Shown here piece by piece: positions 19,215 to 30,075 of a stretch of 30,501 nucleotides of DNA. The position numbers and the translations under genes are program-made. This stretch comes from Elusimicrobiota bacterium (GTDB taxonomy: Bacteria; Elusimicrobiota; UBA8919), in assembly GCA_043816185.1 (NCBI GenBank), contig JBDRIG010000079.1, positions 1 to 30,501 of the forward strand. Reading direction: 5' to 3'. The notes beneath the pieces are model-generated. The model was not told where the DNA came from, did no database searches, and saw only the letters and a program-made list of their open reading frames with translations. The first letter of the stretch is position 1. Each line of letters begins with the position of its first letter.

Positions 19215-19238
19215 AATAAATACTTTGAAACCCAAATA
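19176..19238. repeat. 21-bp tandem triplication across the epimerase stop codon
   Basis: gaatactttaaaacccgaaac / gaatattttaaaacctgaaat / aaatactttgaaacccaaata. Confidence 0.8.
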
Positions 19239-19333
19239 ACACTATCGAACAAAACACTAAATATAATCGAATAAATATTCAGATAAATTCGATTAAAATT
19301 CGACATTCATTTGTGTGGGAGAGTAGCGACGAT

Positions 19334-20356
19334 ATGAAAGCAATAATTCTAATAGGTGGATTTGGCACACGGCTTAGGCCGTTAACCTGTAGTACTCCAA
19401 AACCGTTACTCCCTGTGCTTAACAAACCATTTTCTTTGTATCAAATAGAACTTCTTAAAAAATATGGAATAAAAGACATAATTCTCTGTATGGCATATTT
19501 ACCGTCGGAATTTAAAAAATATTTTGGTGATGGTAAAAAATTTGGCATAAAAATATTGTATGCGATTGAGAAAACACCTTTAGGGACTGGCGGTGCTATT
19601 AAAAATGCTGAAAAATTTGTGAACGGTTCTGTTATTATTTTTAATGGTGATGTATTGACGGAAATTAATTTGAATAAATTCATACAGTTTCACAAGAAAA
19701 AAAAATCAAAAGCAACAATTTCGCTTGTCAGTGTTCCAGATCCAACAAGTTTTGGTCTTGTTGAGACAGCAAAAAATGGAAGGGTTTTGCAGTTTTTGGA
19801 AAAACCATCACTTAATCAAATTACTTGCGATACTGTTAATGCTGGTACCTACATTTTTGAGCCAGAAATTTTCAAAGAAATGCCATCAAATGTCATTTAT
19901 TCCGTCGAACGAGAACTGTTTCCAACACTGCTAAATAAAAAAATTCCATTTTATGGTTATGCTTATTCTACTTGCTGGATTGATTTTGGAACTACCGAAA
20001 AATATTTACAGATTCATAGTAATTTAATGAATCAAATGAAAAAAAATATTATTGGCAAAAATTCTAAGATAGCAAAAAGTGTAAGAATTTTTGGACATCT
20101 TGTTGTAGGCGATAATGCCAAAATATCTGAGAAAACTACAACCTCTGGTAATGTTTGCTTAGGAAACGGTGTTAGAATTGGTGAGGGTTGTTTTCTTTCC
20201 GATTGCGTTATTTTAGATAAAACAGTAATAGAAGAGGGTGTTAGAATTGAAAAATCAGTTGTTGGTAAAAATTGTGTTGTAGAAAAACATTCGCATCTTA
20301 TGGCAGGTTGTGTTATAGGCGATAAAACAGTAGTAAGAATGTATAGTAAACTATAG
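19334..20356 (+). CDS. NDP-sugar synthase (mannose-1-phosphate guanylyltransferase-like, NTP_transferase + hexapeptide LbH)
   Basis: GGFGTRLRPLT...PKPL, E..PLGTGGA, NGDVL, F.EKP, NAG.Y, W.D.GT and C-terminal hexapeptide repeats. Start ATG 19334. Confidence 0.9.
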   Translation: MKAIILIGGFGTRLRPLTCSTPKPLLPVLNKPFSLYQIELLKKYGIKDIILCMAYLPSEFKKYFGDGKKFGIKILYAIEKTPLGTGGAIKNAEKFVNGSVIIFNGDVLTEINLNKFIQFHKKKKSKATISLVSVPDPTSFGLVETAKNGRVLQFLEKPSLNQITCDTVNAGTYIFEPEIFKEMPSNVIYSVERELFPTLLNKKIPFYGYAYSTCWIDFGTTEKYLQIHSNLMNQMKKNIIGKNSKIAKSVRIFGHLVVGDNAKISEKTTTSGNVCLGNGVRIGEGCFLSDCVILDKTVIEEGVRIEKSVVGKNCVVEKHSHLMAGCVIGDKTVVRMYSKL

Positions 20357-20412
20357 GAGAATGCGGTGAAAACCGATTACAGCGGCAATCCAAAATCGCT
20401 GTCAATGTCAAT

Positions 20413-20790
20413 ATGAAGATTGTCAAAAAACCGTGGGGTAAAGAAACATGGTTTGCTCATACAAAAAAATATGTAGGCAAGTTTCTTTTTATTAAAAAAG
20501 GGCATCGTTTAAGTAGGCAATATCACAAAATAAAACACGAAACAATCTATACCCTGAAAGGCAAGTATATAATGGAGTTATCCTGTCTCGCGAAATCTTC
20601 ACTTCGCTCCGAAAAAATAATGAAAGAAGGTTCTGTGATTGTTATCCCGCCTAAAAAAATCCATAGAATGTATGCAAAATTTTGTGATGTAACGTTGTTG
20701 GAAGTTTCAACGCCAGAAGTTTGGGATGTTGTTCGGCTGGAAGATGATTATGGAAGAACGCAGATAGTCGCAGATAAAAAATGTAGGTAA
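20413..20790 (+). CDS. Cupin, mannose-6-phosphate isomerase-like
   Basis: V.KPWG.E, G.RLS.QYH..K.ET, I.P...HR, EVSTPE..DVVRLEDDYGR. Confidence 0.85.
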   Translation: MKIVKKPWGKETWFAHTKKYVGKFLFIKKGHRLSRQYHKIKHETIYTLKGKYIMELSCLAKSSLRSEKIMKEGSVIVIPPKKIHRMYAKFCDVTLLEVSTPEVWDVVRLEDDYGRTQIVADKKCR

Positions 20791-20799
20791 ACGCAAATT

Positions 20800-20916
20800 G
20801 ATTTTGTAAGGATAGAACCTGATGACTTGCTCTAAGAAGGCAGAACCTGTTTTCTTGGTCTTATTCTTTCCGAGCATTACATATGCGACTTTGTCTACTA
20901 TGTCTATTGCCGTATA
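20800..20916 (-). pseudogene. Fragment of an integrase-core (rve) transposase, IS481-like
   Basis: The minus frame reads YTAIDIVDKVAYVMLGKNKTKKTGSAFLEQVIRFYPYKI, matching the YTAID...K.T....FL......P.KI segment that precedes the TDNG motif. Truncated on both sides. Confidence 0.55.
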
Positions 20917-21055
20917 GAGGCTGTCCGACAACCTACTCCGCTTTACCGACGACACAGCGTCAGTAAAAAATGATGTGTTGTTTGTTGTCATTAGTTGCCA
21001 AATACTGCTATATTTTATAAAAAAATGACTGTTTTACGATTTGTCGGACAGCCTC
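20917..21055. mobile_element. MITE family A, copy 1 (139 bp)
   Basis: Perfect 15-bp TIR GAGGCTGTCCGACAA/TTGTCGGACAGCCTC flanked by TA on both sides. A near-identical inverted copy lies at 30093-30232. Confidence 0.9.
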
Positions 21056-21185
21056 TATCGCTCGCAATGGCTTTTCACGATTTCCTTGCAATTTCGTCGT
21101 TGTTTTCAGTGTCCCATTACATCCTTTTTTTTGTCGTCGTCTCAAAAAACTTTTGCTTTTTCAATGGAGCTAAAATAATCAGCAT

Positions 21186-23003
21186 ATGAAAATTAGTGAT
21201 AATCAGCATATAAAATTCGGTACTGATGGTTGGCGTGGAGTAATTGCAAAGGATTTTACATTTGCAAATATTGAAATAGTTGCCCAAGCGATTGTGGATT
21301 ATATAAAATCAATGTACAACCAAATAGATTCGTCGCAGATGATGTCCGTGGCGCAGATGAAGGGAACGAATAGTGGAAAAAGTTTTAGCCCTACTAGCCC
21401 CACAAGCTCGAAGAATTTTTTATTCTCTACTTCTTGCCCACTATCTCCTGCTGTTATCGTCGGTTATGACAATCGGTTTTTGTCAGAGAAATTTGCGTTG
21501 CATACTGCAAAAGTTATTTTTGCAAACGGAATAGATGTGGCAGTTTCACAATCGGCAGCAACCTCTCCATCAGTTTCATTATACTGTAAAAAAAATAATT
21601 GTTTTGGTATTATGATAACAGCAAGCCACAATCCGCCTACTTGGAATGGTCTAAAAATAAAACTTCAGTATGGCGGTTCCATTTCGGAAAAAATTATTAA
21701 CGAAATTTCTAAATTTCTCCTCGTTCGCCAGAATGCTTCATTATTTACAGTTTGGACGAATGGTGAGAAAAATATTCCCATCAGTCCCGTTTTCGCTGAA
21801 GCAAAAAAATCCACTTGCAAGAACGATGTAAAAATGGACGCTAATAGTGAAACAAAAAGAGCAGATATTCTTAGTGATTACAAAAAATATCTTAAATTAC
21901 TTGTCAAATTAAATTCATCATCAAAAATTAAAATCGCAGTTGATTATATGCATGGAAGTGGTTCTGGTATTTTTGAATCCGTTGCAACAAATTTCAAAAA
22001 GCAAATGATTATTTTACATAGTCGTCGCGAACCACTGTTTAACAATATCAATCCCGAGCCAATAGAAAAAAATCTTACAGAACTAAAAAAAACAGTATTA
22101 GAAAATAAGGTAAATGTGGGTTTTGCTTTTGACGGTGATGCCGATCGCCTTGGTGTTATAGACGATAAGGGCAGATATCTTTCGCCGCACATCGTTTTTC
22201 CTTTGATTTTACTGCATCTTATAGAAGGCAGAAAATTAACAGGAAAAGTTGTTCAGGCGATTTCACTTGGGTATCTTTCTGAAAGAATTGCTAAAAAATT
22301 TGGACTTCCTTTTGAAGAAGTTCCCGTCGGATTTAAGTATGTTTGCGAAAAAATGTTAACTGAAAATGTTCTGCTCGGCGGCGAAGAATCCGGCGGCTAT
22401 GGTTGGAAAAATGGTATACCAGAACGGGACGGTATTCTAAATGCACTTTTAATTACCGAGATGCTTTCACAAACGAAAAAAAAACTTTCGCAGTTAGTTG
22501 ATGATTTACAAAAAAAATTTGGAAAATCATATTATTTAAGAAACGATATAAAACTTTCGGAACCCGTTGACAAACAAAAATTTGTTGAAAACATAGAGGA
22601 AAAAATTCGTCCCGTTCCAGCGATTATATCGCAATGCCATTGCAAAAAAGAAGTCCCAATAAAATCGGAACAACCGACGAGGCAACCTCATGGAAATTAT
22701 TTTGTCAGAGACGAGATTGTCGCAATTCCGCTAAAACAGGATTCGGTAGCAACAGAAAAAAATGGTTCTAACACAACCTCTTCGGCGGGATTAAATTTGC
22801 GACGATTCGGGCTTTCAATAAAAGAAATCAGAACTTATGACGGTATAAAAATAGTTTTTGAAGATGATAACTGGCTTTTACTTCGTCCTTCGGGAACAGA
22901 GCCGATTTTGAGAACATATTCAGAAACAGATTCACCTGTTAAAACAAAAAAATTACTTGATTTTGCTAAAGAAATTTGTTTTACTATAACAAACACAAAA
23001 TAA
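21186..23003 (+). CDS. Phosphoglucomutase/phosphomannomutase with three in-frame insertions
   Basis: FGTDGWRG, VGYD.RF.S, TASHNP, DGDADR, GEESGG and RPSGTEP are all intact. 605 aa versus roughly 460-480 aa typical for the family. Confidence 0.92.
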   Translation: MKISDNQHIKFGTDGWRGVIAKDFTFANIEIVAQAIVDYIKSMYNQIDSSQMMSVAQMKGTNSGKSFSPTSPTSSKNFLFSTSCPLSPAVIVGYDNRFLSEKFALHTAKVIFANGIDVAVSQSAATSPSVSLYCKKNNCFGIMITASHNPPTWNGLKIKLQYGGSISEKIINEISKFLLVRQNASLFTVWTNGEKNIPISPVFAEAKKSTCKNDVKMDANSETKRADILSDYKKYLKLLVKLNSSSKIKIAVDYMHGSGSGIFESVATNFKKQMIILHSRREPLFNNINPEPIEKNLTELKKTVLENKVNVGFAFDGDADRLGVIDDKGRYLSPHIVFPLILLHLIEGRKLTGKVVQAISLGYLSERIAKKFGLPFEEVPVGFKYVCEKMLTENVLLGGEESGGYGWKNGIPERDGILNALLITEMLSQTKKKLSQLVDDLQKKFGKSYYLRNDIKLSEPVDKQKFVENIEEKIRPVPAIISQCHCKKEVPIKSEQPTRQPHGNYFVRDEIVAIPLKQDSVATEKNGSNTTSSAGLNLRRFGLSIKEIRTYDGIKIVFEDDNWLLLRPSGTEPILRTYSETDSPVKTKKLLDFAKEICFTITNTK

Positions 23004-23074
23004 GAGTGAATCTAAAACGCAAAACAGATGCGGGATATTGCACGCACATTTAACGATTATTAGGAGGAGGAAAA

Positions 23075-24271
23075 ATGTTTAGTGGTGATTATGTATTTAG
23101 TTCGGAATCTGTGACAGAGGGGCATCCAGATAAGGTTTGTGATCAAATTTCTGATGCGGTATTGGACGAGGTTTTTAGGCAGGATCCGCCGTTGAAAAAT
23201 AATTTTCAATGTCGAGTTGCCTGTGAGACATACATTACCGTCGGACTTTTAATTGTTGGTGGTGAAATTACTACCAGTGCTTACATTGATGTTCAAAATT
23301 TAGCGCGCGGTGTTATCAAAGAAATCGGCTATACGGACATGAAATATGGTTTTAATTATCAAACCTGCGGCATATTAAATGCAATCGGACGCCAATCGCC
23401 CGATATTTCACAGGGTGTAAGTAGAAAAGGAAAGAAAATAGGTGCAGGTGACCAAGGGCTTATGATTGGATATGCTTGCAATGAGACGGACGAATTGATG
23501 CCACTTCCAATAACGCTTGCCCAAAAACTTACAATGCGACTTGCCGATGTAAGAAAAAAAAATATATTGAAATATATTGGTCCCGACGGTAAATCGCAAA
23601 TTACGGTAAGATATATTAATGGCAAACCTGTTTCGGTTGAAAAAATAGTTATTTCAACACAACATACAGAAGATTCCGTCGACAAAAAAACAGGAAATCT
23701 TGCTGACTGGGCAAGGAAAGATTTAATTGAGACAGTAATACTTCCAACAATCTCCAAAGATCTTCTGAAAAAATTCAATTTCAAAAATGACTGCTATATA
23801 AATCCAACAGGAAGATTTGTGATAGGTGGCCCGCAATCAGATACTGGAATGACTGGCAGAAAAATTATTGTTGATACTTATGGCGGGATGGCACCTCATG
23901 GTGGCGGTGCATTTTCAGGTAAGGATCCAACGAAAGTTGACCGTTCTGCGTGTTATATGGCAAGATATATTGCAAAAAATATCGTTGCAGCAGGTTTAGC
24001 GGAAAAATGCGTAATTCAATTAGCATATGCGATTGGTGTTCCTGATCCAATTTCAATTATGGTTGATTCACTTGGAACTGGTGTAGATGATGCGAAACTT
24101 GAAAAAGCGGTAAGAAGAATATTTCCATTAACACCGAGGGGAATAATCGAAACATTAGAACTTCATAAACCAATTTATCAGAAAACTGCTGCATATGGAC
24201 ATTTTGGGAGAGATGAATTTAGGTGGGAGAAAACAGACAAAGCGTCAATGTTGAAGGAAGCAATATTATAA
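23075..24271 (+). CDS. metK: S-adenosylmethionine synthetase
   Basis: [60 protein letters not shown]. Confidence 0.98.
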   Translation: MFSGDYVFSSESVTEGHPDKVCDQISDAVLDEVFRQDPPLKNNFQCRVACETYITVGLLIVGGEITTSAYIDVQNLARGVIKEIGYTDMKYGFNYQTCGILNAIGRQSPDISQGVSRKGKKIGAGDQGLMIGYACNETDELMPLPITLAQKLTMRLADVRKKNILKYIGPDGKSQITVRYINGKPVSVEKIVISTQHTEDSVDKKTGNLADWARKDLIETVILPTISKDLLKKFNFKNDCYINPTGRFVIGGPQSDTGMTGRKIIVDTYGGMAPHGGGAFSGKDPTKVDRSACYMARYIAKNIVAAGLAEKCVIQLAYAIGVPDPISIMVDSLGTGVDDAKLEKAVRRIFPLTPRGIIETLELHKPIYQKTAAYGHFGRDEFRWEKTDKASMLKEAIL

Positions 24272-24370
24272 CTTAGAACAACTGTGATAATAAAGCGATA
24301 TGGTGATAAGGTTTTTTTGTGTGAGTATGTTAGTATATTAGTGATTTTGTTTTTTGTAGCAACATAATAA

Positions 24371-25705
<1,335 letters not shown>

Positions 25706-25753
25706 AAATCAGAGATTGTTGTACAGAAGAATTGTACAAAAAAAGGAGGAGTT

Positions 25754-26428
25754 ATGGATTGGAATATTGTTTTTGTAGAGCCGATTAGGGTTATGTTGGA
25801 AAAGTTTGCCAAGTTTGTTCCAGCCTTTGTGGGTTTTTTGGTGGTTATTGTTGTTGGTTGGTTGGTCGCTGCTGCTGTGAAAAAACTCATTATAAGGGCT
25901 TTGGTTCTATTGAAATTAGACGTTCTTTCAGGAAAAATTAAATTTTCAGAAATGCTTGAAAAAAGTGGCATCAAATATACACTTTCGGAAATAATAGGTG
26001 TTGCTATATACTGGATAATTATTTTTATAACGCTAACAACAGCAATAAATACATTGGGACTTACATCAATTAGTTTAATTACAGATCGTATTATTCTTTT
26101 CATCCCAAATATAATTATTGCCATTTTCGTTTTTGTATTAGGATTATTCCTGTCTTTATTTTTAAGTTCCATAGTCGTTACTATGTCGGTTAATGCCGGA
26201 GTTTCATATGCAAAACTTCTTGGTAAAATCGCATCAGCGACGGTAATTGTATTTTCTACAATGATCGCATTGGAACAATTAAATATTGCCGCTAGTATAA
26301 TTAATGCGGTTATAACAATAGTGTTTGCCTCGATAGGACTTGCTTTTGCGATTGCTTTTGGATTAGGCTCCAAAGATGTCGTTGCCAAAATAATGTCCGA
26401 TGTGGTTGATAAATTAAAGAAAAAATAG
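25754..26428 (+). CDS. Conserved TM-helix repeat membrane protein (CmpX / mechanosensitive-channel TM-like)
   Basis: Two repeats of P.....++...GW.+A, AL.QL.IA and AIAFGLG.KD. RBS GGAGG. Confidence 0.8.
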   Translation: MDWNIVFVEPIRVMLEKFAKFVPAFVGFLVVIVVGWLVAAAVKKLIIRALVLLKLDVLSGKIKFSEMLEKSGIKYTLSEIIGVAIYWIIIFITLTTAINTLGLTSISLITDRIILFIPNIIIAIFVFVLGLFLSLFLSSIVVTMSVNAGVSYAKLLGKIASATVIVFSTMIALEQLNIAASIINAVITIVFASIGLAFAIAFGLGSKDVVAKIMSDVVDKLKKK

Positions 26429-26457
26429 AGTGTGTAAATATAGGTTGTTGTAAAATT

Positions 26458-27696
26458 ATGCATACTGAGATAATTTGTATTGGCTCGGAATTACTTATTG
26501 GTTTTGTAAATACAGACGGAGCATATATTTCGGAAAAACTTGCAACGATTGGACTGAAAGTTAAACGTGCAATTACCGTTGCTGATGATTTTTCAGAACT
26601 TGAAAAAGTATTGTCCGAATCAATAAGTCGTTCCGAGATTATTATCTTAACTGGTGGGCTTGGTCCAACTTTTGACGATATAACCAGAGAAGTTGTTTCA
26701 AAAGTAATCGGTAAAAAACTTATTCTAAATAAAGATGTATTAAAAACAATTTCAGGGTTTTTTGAGAAAGCGAAAATAAAAATGCCAGGAGAAAACAAGA
26801 AACAGGCATATATTCTCGATGGTGCAGAAGTTATTTCTAATACTTTGGGGACAGCTGTTGGCCAAATTTTAGACATAAACAATAAAATTATAATTCTTCT
26901 TCCTGGTCCTCCGAGAGAAATCAAACCGATGTTTGAAACAGCAGTCCTTCCATATCTTAAAGAAAGATTTGAAAAAGGATTATTGAGAATAAAAACTTTA
27001 CATACTGTTGGGCTTGCCGAATCAGTTGTCGATGAGAAAATCAAAAAAATTGTTGATATTGAGAGAGAAAATGAAGAGATTTCTTTTTCTATCCTTGCGA
27101 AACATACCGGTGTTGATATAAAAATTATGGTACAAGGAACCGATGAGATGGGCATAGACAAAACAATTAAAAATTTAAAAATGGAATTTTATGATGTGTT
27201 AAAAGACGTTATTTTTGGCGAGGATAACCAAATTCTTGAAAGTGTTGTTGGTGAACTGTTTCTAAAAAAAAGAAAAACATTATCTGTTGCAGAGAGTTGT
27301 ACTGGTGGGTTGATAATGCATCGTCTTACGAATATTGCTGGGAGTTCAATATATTTTAGGGAAGGAGTTGTAACTTATTCTGATAATAGTAAGAAGCGAA
27401 TATTGGGTGTTAAAGATGAAACGCTTAATAAATATGGGGCAGTTTCAAGCGAAGTAGCGGTAGAAATGGCTAATGGTATAAAAAAAATGTCGGCGACAAA
27501 TTTCGGTCTTTCAATAACTGGCATTGCTGGCCCAAAACTGTCGTCTACAGGTAAACCAACCGGTCTTGTTTTTATTGCACTTGCTACTGATACTGAAACG
27601 AAGGTTCAACAATTTAATTTTATAGGTTCGAGAGTAGAAATCAAAGATAAGGTTGCAGTTAGTGCCCTTGATATTTTAAGGAAAAGTTTGATGTAA
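26458..27696 (+). CDS. cinA: Competence/damage-inducible protein A (MoCF + PncC domains)
   Basis: EII.IG.ELL.G, TGGLGPT.DD.TRE, LPGPPRE, AESCTGG, GAVS.EVA.EMA, TGIAGP. Confidence 0.93.
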   Translation: MHTEIICIGSELLIGFVNTDGAYISEKLATIGLKVKRAITVADDFSELEKVLSESISRSEIIILTGGLGPTFDDITREVVSKVIGKKLILNKDVLKTISGFFEKAKIKMPGENKKQAYILDGAEVISNTLGTAVGQILDINNKIIILLPGPPREIKPMFETAVLPYLKERFEKGLLRIKTLHTVGLAESVVDEKIKKIVDIERENEEISFSILAKHTGVDIKIMVQGTDEMGIDKTIKNLKMEFYDVLKDVIFGEDNQILESVVGELFLKKRKTLSVAESCTGGLIMHRLTNIAGSSIYFREGVVTYSDNSKKRILGVKDETLNKYGAVSSEVAVEMANGIKKMSATNFGLSITGIAGPKLSSTGKPTGLVFIALATDTETKVQQFNFIGSRVEIKDKVAVSALDILRKSLM

Positions 27697-27778
27697 TAGA
27701 AAATTTGGATATGGTTTGCTCATTACTTGGTTATTACAATATATTCGAAATTGCTTAAACACGGCAGGTGAAATTACA

Positions 27779-28180
27779 TTGTCTATTCTTGCAATTGATT
27801 ATGGAAAAAAGCGAATAGGGGTTGCAGTTTCATCAACATTTATAGCAACACCCCTTGAACCAATTTTGAAAGATTTAGATAAAGATGTGTTTGCAAAGAT
27901 TTCTAAAATTATAAAAGAGTATTCTGTTTGCGAAATAGTAATTGGTTTACCTGTTAATATAGATGATACTGAAAATGAAATGACAAAAGAGGTGCGGAGT
28001 TTTGCTTGTGAAATTGAAAGAAAATTACAAATTAAAGTTAATTTTGTTGATGAGCGTTTGACGTCACTGGATGCAGAATCTAAATTAGCATTGTTTGAAA
28101 AAAATTGGCGTAAAAGAAAGAAAAAAATTGATAGTGCTGCTGCGTGTCTTATTTTGCAAAATTATATAGAGAAAAAATGA
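27779..28180 (+). CDS. ruvX: Holliday junction resolvase-like / pre-16S rRNA nuclease (YqgF)
   Basis: ILAIDYGKKRIGVAVS, VIGLP, VDERLTS, ID..AA..ILQ. Start set at TTG 27779 after AGGTG. Confidence 0.9.
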   Translation: MSILAIDYGKKRIGVAVSSTFIATPLEPILKDLDKDVFAKISKIIKEYSVCEIVIGLPVNIDDTENEMTKEVRSFACEIERKLQIKVNFVDERLTSLDAESKLALFEKNWRKRKKKIDSAAACLILQNYIEKK

Positions 28181-29115
28181 TAATAGAAAATAAAAAAACA
28201 ATTATTATTGTTGCTGTGATAGTGGTGATTTTGTCTTTACTTTTTGCATCTGATAAAAAAGAGGTTTTTGTAAAAATTCAAAATGGTTCGACACCGAAAC
28301 AAGTTGCAAAAATCTTAAAAAATGAAAAAATAATAAAAAGTAGAGATGCGTTTTTAACACTTGTTTGGCTTACGAGAACTGAAAAAAAATTCAAACCAGG
28401 AACATACAGACTTAATACAAATATGATGTCGCACACCGTTTTATACAAGATAGTAAAAGGTAATACTTATAAAATAAAGCTTACAATTCCAGAAGGATTT
28501 TCTGCAAAAGAAATCGCAGAACTTTTAGAGAAAAAAGGTGTATGTAATAATAAAAAATTTTTAGAGATTGTAAAAAATGAAAAATTGGAAGGTTATCTTT
28601 TCCCTGAGACATATTTTTTCGAACCAAATTCTTCCGAGAAAGAAATAATACAAATGCTCAAAAATCAATTTGAAAAAAATTTTAGTAATAATTTTGTAAA
28701 AAGGGCAGATGAACTTAAAATGTCGAGGGAGAAAATTGTAATACTTGCATCAATCATAGAGAAAGAGGCAAAAAAAGACGAAGAGAGACCACTTATAGCT
28801 GCTGTATTTCATAATCGTCTTAAAAAGGGATGGAATCTCGAATCCTGTGCTACCGTCTTATATGCACGAGGATCGCATGTAAATTTTTTGACATACAAGG
28901 ATCTAAAAATCGCTTCCCCATTTAATACATACATTCATTCAGGTTTACCGCCTACTCCGATTTGTAGTCCTGGAATTGCTTCTATAAAAGCGGCATTGTA
29001 TTCTGCTGAAACCTCTGATATGTTTTTTGTCGCAGATGGTTCTGGTACCCACAAATTTTCAAAATATATAGAAGAGCACATAAAAAATAAAAATTTAAAA
29101 AAAAGAAAGTTGTGA
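28177..29115 (+). CDS. mltG: Endolytic transglycosylase MltG (YceG)
   Basis: TIPEG, LEGYLFPETY, LASIIEKEA, A.VF.NRL, SPFNTY...GLPPTPI.SPG. ATGA overlap with ruvX. Confidence 0.93.
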   Translation: MIIENKKTIIIVAVIVVILSLLFASDKKEVFVKIQNGSTPKQVAKILKNEKIIKSRDAFLTLVWLTRTEKKFKPGTYRLNTNMMSHTVLYKIVKGNTYKIKLTIPEGFSAKEIAELLEKKGVCNNKKFLEIVKNEKLEGYLFPETYFFEPNSSEKEIIQMLKNQFEKNFSNNFVKRADELKMSREKIVILASIIEKEAKKDEERPLIAAVFHNRLKKGWNLESCATVLYARGSHVNFLTYKDLKIASPFNTYIHSGLPPTPICSPGIASIKAALYSAETSDMFFVADGSGTHKFSKYIEEHIKNKNLKKRKL

Positions 29116-29157
29116 ATCGTGGCTCGTGAATTGTGCATCGGAGTTATGAGTTCATAG
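29109..29157. repeat. Degenerate heptamer tandem repeat
   Basis: gttgtga-atcgtgg-ctcgtga-attgtgc-atcggag-ttatgag-ttcatag. Confidence 0.55.
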
Positions 29158-29184
29158 TTTGCTTCTCGTATCTGGTGATTATAT

Positions 29185-30000
29185 ATGCTTAACAGAATTT
29201 TTATTGCTTTAATTTTGATTCCAGTCGTTTTTATTGCCGTATATCTTGGCTATATTCCGTTTCTTATTTTTATCTGCGGAATTTGTTTTCTTGCAGCATT
29301 TGAATTCTGGCAATTGGTCTCAAAAATGGGATTTGTTCCTCGGAAAATATTTGGGAATGTATCTATATTTTTGATGCTCATTTCAATATTTTTTAATGGT
29401 TCCAAAATTGCCTTCACTGTTTCCAACGAAGTAACATCTCTTATTTTTACACTTGCGTTTTTACTCCTTTTTGTTTATGAAATAATTAAATATGATATTC
29501 GCACAGCACTTCCGTCGTTGGCTATTACATTTCTTGGAATTATTTATCTCGGCTGGCTTCCAGGACATTTTTTGCTTTTAAGAGATTTTTGCCCAGATGG
29601 CTTTAAATTTACCATACTTCTTCTCGTAAGTGTTTGGGTTGCAGATTCTGCAGCGTATTTTTTCGGCTCAGCATATGGGAGTAGGCAGCTTACTACAATC
29701 AGTCCAAAAAAAACCGTAGAAGGGGCTATTGCATCCGTTTTTGCGTCAGTAATTGTAATTTTTTTTGCAAAATTATTTTTTATAAAATTTTTAGAACCAA
29801 CAGATGTTTTTTTACTTGGTGTTTTAATAAGCATCTCGGCACAATTTGGTGACCTCGCAGAGTCGTTAATAAAACGCTCGGCAGGAGTAAAAGACTCGTC
29901 TAACATACTTAAAAATCACGGTGGTATTTTGGATAAGCTTGATAGTTTCGTTTTTGCTGCTCCAATTTTTTACTATTACATAAAATTCTTCGTTCTATAA
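29185..30000 (+). CDS. cdsA: Phosphatidate cytidylyltransferase
   Basis: W..DS.AYF.G, ISPKKT.EG, GDL.ES.IKR..GVKDS......HGGILD.LDS. Confidence 0.95.
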   Translation: MLNRIFIALILIPVVFIAVYLGYIPFLIFICGICFLAAFEFWQLVSKMGFVPRKIFGNVSIFLMLISIFFNGSKIAFTVSNEVTSLIFTLAFLLLFVYEIIKYDIRTALPSLAITFLGIIYLGWLPGHFLLLRDFCPDGFKFTILLLVSVWVADSAAYFFGSAYGSRQLTTISPKKTVEGAIASVFASVIVIFFAKLFFIKFLEPTDVFLLGVLISISAQFGDLAESLIKRSAGVKDSSNILKNHGGILDKLDSFVFAAPIFYYYIKFFVL

Positions 30001-30075
30001 TATTGGGTTTCATGTTGAGATTGTTGAAAATGCAATTCAAGGCGTCGCTATAACACAGTGTCGTTGCAACAAATT

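Noticed and set aside
21312..22800. PGM/PMM inserts as inteins or introns
   Set aside because: They are too short and lack intein termini (C/S...HN-C/S/T) and group I/II intron features.
23004..23074. SAM riboswitch upstream of metK
   Set aside because: The spacer is short and I cannot see SAM-I/II/III consensus elements. An Infernal/Rfam scan would be decisive.
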